A stretch of 64,000 nt of DNA. It comes from Octopus vulgaris. Lineage: Eukaryota. The notes beneath the pieces are model-generated. The model was given only the letters and a program-made list of their open reading frames with translations. It made no database searches and was not told where the DNA came from. Below are positions 55,487-64,000 of the stretch, piece by piece. Each line of letters opens with the position of its first letter. Within the stretch, counting starts at the first letter, position 1. The position numbers and the translations under genes are program-made. The stretch lies in assembly GCA_951406725.2 (NCBI GenBank), contig OX597814.1, positions 130,200,001-130,264,000 of the forward strand, written 5' to 3'.

Positions 55487-56532
55487 GGCACACGTGTGTG
55501 TGTGTGTGTGTATTCTTTTATTCTTTTAGTGGTTTCAGTCGAAGCGTTGCGGCCATGTTTGTACACTGCCTTAATATATTTTCATTCAGAAATGGAAGTT
55601 GGTCTATCATTGAGTTTGTAGCAGCTGGTGTGACTGGTCCGGTATCATCCTTAGGAATTTATCCAATGTAATTTTTTTTTGATTTTTCAGTGGAGCTCCT
55701 TTTTATATTTTTGATTATTTTTAGATAAGTAGTTGACCCTAAACATTAACCCTAAACATAAGACTGGTGCATTAAGGTGTATATACTCGTGATTTCGAAG
55801 GTGATATATTCTGTTTTACGCTTTTACTTATTTCAGTCATTTGAATGCAGCCATGCTGGAGCACCGCCTTTAGTCGAGCAAATCGACCCCAGGACTTATT
55901 CACGAATAGCGACGAAAGAACTCTACCACGCCAGCTGATTGCGATATTGATTGATCGATTTATCAAGCAATACATTAGTTAACTGTTTGTTTTGGCTAAC
56001 TAAGCAGATGAATAAGAAATGAAATAGAATCTAACCAGTGCATGTACCTTTTTGACAAAACGACCCTCCCAAGATTTAACACACATACACACATATTCAC
56101 TCTCTAACATAGACGCACAAACAGACTGGCACACACAAACGTAGAGAGAGAGAGGGGGAGAGAGACAAGGAAGAAGGAGAGAGAAAGAGAGTGAGAAAAA
56201 AATTTCCAGTAAGTATGACGCACTGTTTTCTGCAGAAGATTAGTTTGGAGCCCTAAGAATTCCAGAAACCCATCAGTGAGAGACAAGTTCAAGGTGATTG
56301 GCGTATATAGAGCATAGTTTTTTTTACATCATATAGCAAGGCAGAAGTACAAAACACTAGATACGGCGAAAAAAGTTCCAGATCAAAGTCTACAGAAAAC
56401 TTTCAGCAAAAGCAGCCTGTGTAAAATGTAATCGTCACACGCTTGTTTCTTGTTTATATAAACAGAGCAGTATGGATTTGCATTGTTGGCAAGATTTAAC
56501 GTTTTAAATGATAGTTGTGTTAATGCGCGTAA

Positions 56533-56936
56533 GGCGGTGAGCTAGCAGAATCGTTAGCACGCCGAGCGAAATGCTTTGCGGTATTTCGTCTGCCGCTACG
56601 TTCTGAGTTCAAATTCCGCCGAGGTTAACTTTGCCTTTCATCCTTTCGGGGTCGATTAAATAAGTACCAGTTACGCACTGAGGTTGATATAATCGACTTA
56701 ATCCGTCTGTCCCCTCTCTGTGTTTAGCCCCTTGTTGGTAGTAAAGAAATAGGTATTTCGTCTGCCGCTACGTTCTGAGTTAAAATATCGCCGAGGTCGA
56801 CTTTGTCTTTCATGCTTTCGGGGTCGATTAAATAAGCACCTGTTACGCACTGGGGTCGATGTAATCGACTTAATCCCTTTGTCTGTCCTTGTTTGTCCCC
56901 TCTATGTTTAGCCCCTTGTGGGCAATAAAGAAATAA
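56533..56936 (+). mobile_element. SINE family B, tandem dimer
   Basis: Full copy followed by a 5'-truncated copy restarting at GGTATTTCGTCTGCCGCTACG (~56752). Confidence 0.88.
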
Positions 56937-57019
56937 GTTTGTGTAAATGCTGCTGTATGCTTAGATATAACTATTAAAGTAACCGTATACAGAAGTTATT
57001 CTTGAATATCTCTTACCAT

Positions 57020-57254
57020 TCAGTTGTTTCAATCATTGGACTGTGGCCACACTCGGGGTACCGCCGTGAAGGGTTTTATTCAAAGATATCGGTCGCAGTT
57101 AGTTTCTATTCTTTCAAGTCTAGCACTTCTTCTGTCGTCTCTTTTGCCGAACCGCTAATTTACGAGGACATAAACAAACCAATACTGGTTAGGAGACAAA
57201 TACAGTCACAAAGACATACACGCATACATACACATACATACGCATGTATATGTA

Positions 57255-57320
<66 letters not shown>

Positions 57321-57410
57321 CGCTGGGTTTCCAAGCAACTTCCTAGTACCAAATTCTAAAGGCATTTGTCGGCCCGGGGCAACCGTGAAAGATACTTGTC
57401 AAGTGTGCAG
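57020..57410 (-). mobile_element. SINE family A (old)
   Basis: GTTTCAATCATTGGACTGTGGCCA, TTTTGCCGAACCGCTAA, GTCGGCCCGGGGC. Confidence 0.7.
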
Positions 57411-57645
57411 CGAGCTCCAAGATATTTTCAATGAAATTCAAGAGTACAGATATCATGATAAAATCGTGATTTGTCATTAAGCAGACAAACTTGATAAAAG
57501 AAAAAGTCGCTTAAATGCAGTCAAAAAGAATGCCTGTTATCTCTGCTATGTATTATATACTCACACACGCACACGCACACAAACATAAAGCATGCGCACA
57601 CATACAGGTGTACATGCATACATAGTTATATAAATGCATACACAC

Positions 57646-57677
<32 letters not shown>

Positions 57678-57783
57678 CTATATATACTCACTAACATACA
57701 CACATATACACAGACAAATATACATACAAGACAAGGTATAAACAATGATCTTTAAATAATTCTTTTACTATTGTAAATTCGAC

Positions 57784-59270
57784 TTATAGTTCCAAGTCGG
57801 ATTTACAAGAATAAAAGAATACGTTATTAGAAATGCTGCCGTTGTTACCACCAACACTACCACTGTTAATAATCCGACTAATATTATTAATATTACCACT
57901 GTAAATGCCAACGCTGTTATGAATGTTGCTATTATCAATACTATTTCTATTATTATTATTGTATGTTTGGTTGGAATTGGTAAGAATAGTGTTGTAACTC
58001 CCGGGTGAAGAATCCTTGTTTAGCAGCTTGTTATTATGGGAGGCAATAATTTGCGATAGATTTCTAGTGTTGGAGAATGCAATCCTTACCTTATGCGAAT
58101 TGATAGTAGAGTAATATCTAGAATTCCTGGGAAAGTTCCTAGCTACGGCTTCACGGAACTGCAAAGGAAGGTTTGACTTGATTTGTTTTCCGAAAGGTAT
58201 GACAAACCAGATATAGTTTTTAGTGGACTTAGAATTGTTCAAAGTCTTACCAGTTACATTAAAGGGAATATTTCTGTGCTGGAAAATTGGGGTTGGTTGC
58301 CGATTGCCTCCCCTGGTCCGTAAATTATTTTTCTTAAGTATAGTGGTGCCGACGTTGTTAGAGCTGAAATCATTATTCTCACTATTTCTATTGTTATTAG
58401 TTTTCTTATCCTGAGAAGTATATATAGGTTTAGAATGGGCCGGGTCGTTATATGATACTTTATCTCTATAACCGGCTTTTGACAAGGCGGCGTTATAAAA
58501 TTCCGCTTTCTGGTTAAAGATGCCAACATTAGGAGATAATTTTGACAGTCTTAAGGAAATATTTTAAACTAAATTATCGGTAATAGTTTTGGCATGGTTA
58601 CTGAAAATGCTGATATATTTAAGATTAGTAGAAGGCTTATGATAAGGGAAATATGAATTATTCTGCAAATTTAGGGTAACAGATTTAGGCTTTAGTTAAT
58701 TCGTCGTCAAAAACTATGCTCAAGCCCATTCTGCTAAAAAAATCTAGTTAATCTGTTCTTAATCTTCTGTATCTTATTGTTCGGAACATTCTGGAGGTAA
58801 AGTAGACAATCGTCTCGATATAGACCGCCACAGATGTCCGGGAATTGGTCGGCCAATTCATAGAGAATATAGATTCCGACTAAATCGGCTATCTGGGCGC
58901 TGTCTGTACTTCCCATTAGCACATCGAACGCGTTGGGGGTATCTCTGCGGACCCACAACTTATTATCAAACTGTATGAAAGATTTTCTAGCTGCTAATAT
59001 CACATTAATTTCCTCCCTGGAGAGGCCTGCCTTATTATGTGCGTGCCATAGGGCCTTATTGAGTACACTAGGGTTTATCGAAGGGTAGAAAGTAGATATA
59101 TCGAATTGTATAAATTTTGTGTTGTCCTTATTAGTAATAGAAGTAAACCACTCTACGACCTGAGTGGAGTTAGACCACAAGCTGAGTTTTAACTTATTGA
59201 TTAAAATAGGTATGCATTTATCTAAAATGTACTTACTAAGGGTACCAATGTCGGAATCGTATCCATCCAA
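57784..59270 (-). pseudogene. Penelope-like reverse transcriptase remnant (RT core, thumb, Asn-rich linker), frameshifted
   Basis: FIQFDISTFYPSI, MGSTDSAQIADLVG, GLYRDD, then PYHKP..SNH..ISLRLSKLS, KAGY and KVRIAFSNTRNLSQIIASHNNKLL across several frames. Confidence 0.88.
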
Positions 59271-59394
59271 CCAATTTTGACGTCACTGCTTATAATGGAA
59301 TATTTTAAAGAAACACTCATTATCACTATGGACTCCGTGTGGGCAGTCATCTAAAAGTTTTTGCTCGTCATCATGCTGACATAAGTTCCTTGTC

Positions 59395-59473
59395 TTTCCT
59401 GATGAGAAGACGGCATAATGCACCCTTTATTCCTTCGGAATTAGAAATATGCAGTCTTCGAAACATATCGAGA
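59395..59473 (+). ncRNA. Hammerhead motif in the probable inverted pLTR beside the PLE RT remnant
   Basis: TTTC-CTGATGA-GAAGAC-GGCATA..TATGC-A-GTCTTC-GAAA-CATAT-C-GAGA. Stem II strong, stem III damaged. Confidence 0.65.
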
Positions 59474-59669
59474 ATAAAGGAATTTTGCTAAATCGCTGTT
59501 CGACTCCATTCTTTCATTTATCTATAGTAAAAAAACACAAATTTCCACACGAAAGCACGTGATTTCTGCCCTTGGCATGTAGCTTCAACCGTGCTTTCTG
59601 ACGTAAATTTGCTACCCAGGTATCGGCTAACCGAATTATCCATACTAGGATAATTCATTCAACTACTTA

Positions 59670-59741
<72 letters not shown>

Positions 59742-59749
59742 ACATACAT

Positions 59750-59972
59750 AAGGAGAGTTTACGAAAAAAAAACAAAAGACGAAGACAGGTGGTGTACAAA
59801 ACAAACAGTTGTATTAGTATAACGCTCAGGAATAGAAAAGGTCTTTTACGTTTCGAGCCTACGCTCTTCTACAGAAAGGGACACAGAAAAAAACAAGGAG
59901 AGAAACAAGGAGAGAAAAAAAAGGAGAGAAAAAGGTGAGAAAAATGTGTGTAGTGGCTAACAATCTATCAAG
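59750..59972 (-). mobile_element. Repeat family E copy with variant HHR (59843-59878)
   Basis: CTTT-CTGTAGA-A-GAGCGTAGGCTC-GAAA-CGTA-AAAG. Confidence 0.7.
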
Positions 59973-59993
59973 GTGATACATATATATATATAC

Positions 59994-60024
<31 letters not shown>

Positions 60025-60054
60025 TGTATGTATGTATGTATGTATGTATGTATG

Positions 60055-60089
<35 letters not shown>

Positions 60090-60091
<2 letters not shown>

Positions 60092-60925
60092 TTTCAACTC
60101 TCCTTCCTTCTTCATCTAACCTCCTCCCCTCCCCTCTCTCTCACCCTCACACCGACTTCCTCCCACCCACCTTTCCTCTCTTGCTCCGACTCCTACTTCT
60201 TCTCTTCACTCCTACTCTCCTTCTCTCTTCTCTTCACTCCTACCCACCTTCTCTTTCCCTTCTTTCATCGACACTCCTTCCTCGTAAGCCCACCCCACCC
60301 CTACACGTTCCACTCCACCTTCCCTATCCTTCCCCATCCCGCCCCAACGCATCCCTTATACCTACTTCCACATACCGCACCTCTACCCTCACCCTCCACC
60401 TACCCACCTACCCCACATCTACCCCTACTTTCCGCCTATCTCACATCCTACCCCACCCTTGCTTTCCCCCACTCTCGCTTCCCCCACCTCCCAACACCAT
60501 CACACCACACCACACCACACACCACTTCACCTTATACCACAGGACATCACATCACACCACCACGCACACACTAGCACTGACCACTTCCCAGACCCACATT
60601 TTCACACCTACACATACACACACGCACATGTCATGAACACCACACGCACATACAAGCTCTCTTATATACAAACACGCGCATCTTCGTTTTGGGATCACCA
60701 CTACTTTATTATCTCCCCTTCTCCCTAGCTCTCCTGTGTGACCTTTCTTTCCGGCATTCGCCACGATAGATCGCTAGCCCTTGTTTCTTTCTGTATTCCT
60801 TTCTGTGGAAGAGCGTAGGCTCAAAACGTTAAAGACTTTTTCACTTACCGAGCGTTATACTCATACATCTGTTTGTTGTCTACACCACCTGTCTTCGTCT
60901 TTTGTTTTTTTTTAAATTCTCCCTA
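60090..60925 (+). mobile_element. Repeat family E copy with pyrimidine/CA-rich upstream UTR, inverted relative to 59750-59972
   Basis: CTTT-CTGTGGA-A-GAGCGTAGGCTC-AAAA-CGTT-AAAG at 60799-60834; the tail CACCACCTGTCTTCGTCTTTTGTTT is the reverse complement of ~59770-59795. Confidence 0.65.
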
Positions 60926-60928
60926 CGT

Positions 60929-60994
<66 letters not shown>

Positions 60995-61165
60995 GTATGT
61001 ATGTATGTATATAATAAATAAATTAAAAAAATACACATTGTCTACAGGACATCACCAACGAGTTCAAAATACGTAGACACACGATAGAAAAGTACAGGAC
61101 AAAATACGAAAAGATGGTAAATCCTCATCAATTGTCGACTGTTTATTACTCCTATATATATATGG

Positions 61166-61265
<100 letters not shown>

Positions 61266-61336
61266 ATATATATATATATCTTGCAAACAACTTGCACATG
61301 CAAGTGCTACCAGTTAAAAGCTCCGTATATCGGAAG

Positions 61337-61447
61337 CTAGCAAGTGTATGGGGTCATCAGGAGAGAATGCGCGCCGTTTCGGGGCCTACCTCTCGACGGC
61401 ATCAATGCGCACCGGCCCCCTCACTGATATGAGGCCCCGCTTGCTAG
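61337..61447 (-). ncRNA. Candidate permuted/pseudoknotted hammerhead-like RNA in retrotransposon 3' UTR
   Basis: Sense RNA has GCCGUC/GAAACGGC (stem III with GUC site), GAGAGG/UCUCUC-CUGAUGA (stem I with core), GGGCC/GGCCC before GAAA (stem II), GGGG/CCCC and CUAGCAAG/CUUGCUAG closing stems. Confidence 0.6.
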
Positions 61448-61467
61448 ATCAGCTGGTTATGATGAAC

Positions 61468-63996
61468 TCAATATACTTCTAGCCATCGCTCATCGTCTCT
61501 TTTTAACCAAATCCAGTGGCTAGCCTTCTCCACTGTAGATTGGATATCAGTCATGGTGGTATTGACTTTACGATGAGTTAGGCCTAACGATAACAACAGT
61601 CGTCTCACGCTGTGTCCTACAAACCCTCTACATCCGACTTCGATAGGAAAATGTTCCGCTTTCCAGCCTGCGTCTTCATATTCCTCGAGGAGGTTTTCAT
61701 AACGGTTTAATTTTCGAGCTCGAGCGGCGTCCATATTATCTTCGTGAGGAACCGTTAGCTCGACTATATTTAAAACTTTCTTTCTTTCACACCACATCAA
61801 AATATCTGGTTTTTTCGAAACTGGGATGGGAAAGAAAACCTGGCACCCAGGTAAATCTGCAGTTACCTCCCAATAGTCGTTCCACTTTTCATTTTTCTCA
61901 GGAAGTTTCTTGGTCTTCTTCTTGAAACGGATCTGCTGACCTGGTCGCACGAAGGTAATGAACTCTCTTGATGGTATTTTTAACGATTTTTCCTCAGTGT
62001 TGTTGAGATGAATTTGATTCTTTATAGCATTGAAGATAACCTTAAGGACCAAGTTGTGCCTCCATGTGTACCTGTTCAATACTAACGAACAGTTGGAAAG
62101 AATATGTTTTAGTGTACCGACTTTTCCACATTTGCAGACGTCATTCTCTAAGACGTTCCATCTTACTAGATTCGTAGGTGATGGCAAAACATCATAAGAT
62201 GAACGAATCAGGAAACTCAGCCGAGATGTTGTCCACTTCCACATCTCATCCCAACTTATCTTCCTCTCAACAACATGTTCTTCCCATCTCGTCATCTGAC
62301 CTTGATGAACACATCGGATCAAATGAAGCTCTCTTCTCTCTGCTTCTCTTGTTTTGACGCTGTTGCTAACAACAGATCTGCGTTCACACGGCATCATGCT
62401 TGCAAACGGTCTGAACTGATCCGCGCCAAAACCAAATCCTTTCCGATGGTTCTGCGTTGCTCCCACCATATCTCTGTGTGTAAGAGAAGACAAGATGTTG
62501 TCAGTTTCTGCTTCTGCTTTCCACTTCCTGGCTGTTTTCACCTCTGGTGGGTTACGCCTGATTTCCATATCCTTCGATTCTCTCAGCATCATGACCGTCC
62601 GTATCTTCCCCAACTTATATATTTCGACTATTGATGCTATTGGTAACTGCAACGAACCTCTTTTACGATAAAGAGCTGAGCTGTTCAACATACGAGGTAG
62701 ACCTAGCCACTTTCTAATGAACACATTACATTTTTGTTCGATCTTTTCAACTCGTGACAATGCTACTTCGTATATTAAAAGTGGCCACGCAAGTCGCGGG
62801 TACAGGCCGAACTGCAAGCACCAAATTTTATATTTACCTGGTAACTTCGAAACATCAATCGCTGATAACCCAGCCTCGGCCTGTTTCATAATTTCAATCC
62901 CACGACTTCTATCTGACAATGTTCCAGCGTATACTCGTCCCAAGCTCTTGACGGGCTCTTCCTTGACTGTTGGAATGCTTTCTTCCGATATTCGAAATTT
63001 AAATTCTTTCTGCACTCCCTTAACAAATGTCAGACTACGCGACTTTTTTGCTCTAAATCGCATCCTTGACCACCTTACACGTTCGTCTAATCTCAAAAGG
63101 GCATTCTGCATGATTTGTTTATCTGTAGCTAGAAGTGTCACGTCATCCATGAAGGCTTTCTTAGGCGATTGTACATGGGCGATTTGTTCCGAAAAATCTA
63201 CACCTTTCAAAATCAACTCCATGACTAAGATAAACCACGTGACAGATATTGTACAGCCAGCAGCAATGCCAACCTCCAATCGGTGCCAATTTGTTGTAAA
63301 ACTTCCAGTTGTAAACCTCATTTCGAAACTTTCATAGTACATCCTCATTATTTTGATCACTTTGTCAGGAATGTGGAAGTGGTCCATGGCTGTTATTAGT
63401 AATTTGTGTGGCACTGAACCATACGCGTTAGCTAGGTCGAGCCATACCACGTTCAGACTTTTCTTGTTCTGTTTGGCATCCTGAATCGCTTTCCAAATCG
63501 AAAAACAGTGTTCAACGCATCCAGGGATCCCGGGGATTCCGGCCTTTTGAACAGATTCATCAACATATCCGTTACTCTGTAAATATGTCACTGTTCTCCT
63601 CGACAGAATTCCCATAAAGATCTTGCCTTCCACATTCAATAAGGATATCGGCCTAAACTGTTTTATGGTCTTTGCATTGGCCTCTTTCGGCAGGTATATA
63701 CCTTCTGCCTTACACCAATCCTCTACTATAGTCTCCTCGCGCCACAGTTGTCGGATTAGGACGAAGAGCTTCTTTCGCAGACGATTGCAGTATTTGTAGA
63801 CTTTATATGAGACGCCATCACCTCCTGGGGCACTCTTCGCTCTAGCTTTTCTTACGAAGTCATTCACCTCTCTCTCCCTGATGTCCCCAATCTGGAATTC
63901 GATATCAGGCCCTGAGAGATGATTTAGCCCATGTAGAGATGGCAGCGGCTGATTACGGTGCGGATCGCTGTAGGTTTCCTTGATATGAGCATCCAA
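61468..63996 (-). CDS. Reverse transcriptase-zinc knuckle-restriction-like endonuclease polyprotein (5'-partial)
   Basis: 842 uninterrupted codons, frame open to the window edge. RT motifs KSAPGGDG, FRPISLLN, WLDLANAYGSVPH, GIAAGCTIS, AFMDD, KSLG. CCHC knuckle CKCGKVGTLKHILSNC, RHN motif, RLE motif KPDIL..ELTVP..K..RY..PIEVGCRG. Confidence 0.96.
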   Translation of the reverse strand: MDAHIKETYSDPHRNQPLPSLHGLNHLSGPDIEFQIGDIREREVNDFVRKARAKSAPGGDGVSYKVYKYCNRLRKKLFVLIRQLWREETIVEDWCKAEGIYLPKEANAKTIKQFRPISLLNVEGKIFMGILSRRTVTYLQSNGYVDESVQKAGIPGIPGCVEHCFSIWKAIQDAKQNKKSLNVVWLDLANAYGSVPHKLLITAMDHFHIPDKVIKIMRMYYESFEMRFTTGSFTTNWHRLEVGIAAGCTISVTWFILVMELILKGVDFSEQIAHVQSPKKAFMDDVTLLATDKQIMQNALLRLDERVRWSRMRFRAKKSRSLTFVKGVQKEFKFRISEESIPTVKEEPVKSLGRVYAGTLSDRSRGIEIMKQAEAGLSAIDVSKLPGKYKIWCLQFGLYPRLAWPLLIYEVALSRVEKIEQKCNVFIRKWLGLPRMLNSSALYRKRGSLQLPIASIVEIYKLGKIRTVMMLRESKDMEIRRNPPEVKTARKWKAEAETDNILSSLTHRDMVGATQNHRKGFGFGADQFRPFASMMPCERRSVVSNSVKTREAERRELHLIRCVHQGQMTRWEEHVVERKISWDEMWKWTTSRLSFLIRSSYDVLPSPTNLVRWNVLENDVCKCGKVGTLKHILSNCSLVLNRYTWRHNLVLKVIFNAIKNQIHLNNTEEKSLKIPSREFITFVRPGQQIRFKKKTKKLPEKNEKWNDYWEVTADLPGCQVFFPIPVSKKPDILMWCERKKVLNIVELTVPHEDNMDAARARKLNRYENLLEEYEDAGWKAEHFPIEVGCRGFVGHSVRRLLLSLGLTHRKVNTTMTDIQSTVEKASHWIWLKRDDERWLEVY

Positions 63997-64000
63997 TTCT

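Larger units (their letters stand above)
61280..64000 (-). mobile_element. RLE-type non-LTR retrotransposon, Hero-like (R2 group); 3' part, continues beyond window edge
   Basis: Single long RT+CCHC+RLE ORF, then a ~190-nt structured 3' UTR ending ...GTTTGCAAGA directly against a (TA)n tract at ~61279. Clade call rests on remembered motif similarity, not a phylogeny. Confidence 0.9.

Noticed and set aside
62275-63337. Plus-strand ORFs of 119 and 206 aa
   Set aside because: Antisense shadows of the RT ORF.

Overview
Eukaryotic, AT-rich, microsatellite-saturated non-coding DNA. The SINE families and repeat landscape suggest a cephalopod, probably Octopus (inference). Almost all ORFs in the supplied track are translated microsatellites. 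Supported features: one intact tRNA-Glu(TTC) gene; the uninterrupted 3' 2.7 kb of a restriction-like-endonuclease (RLE) non-LTR retrotransposon (Hero-like) running off the right edge; a 3' fragment of an R4/Dong-like element; three Penelope-like element (PLE) remnants (two GIY-YIG, one RT) with inverted pseudo-LTRs; mariner, pogo/Tc2-like, hAT and Helitron remnants; MITE-like palindromes; and many tRNA-derived SINEs. About 15 hammerhead-ribozyme (HHR) motifs, intact or decayed, occur in at least six PLE-type repeat families. The best candidate for an undescribed system is the 3' UTR of the Hero-like element. It contains a complete hammerhead core (CUGAUGA, GAAA, GUC, stems I-III) in a strand order matching none of types I/II/III. 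Also notable are an HHR family with a fixed A6U core change and a tRNA gene whose first terminator lies beyond a full SINE. All folds were read by eye; none was computed or tested.
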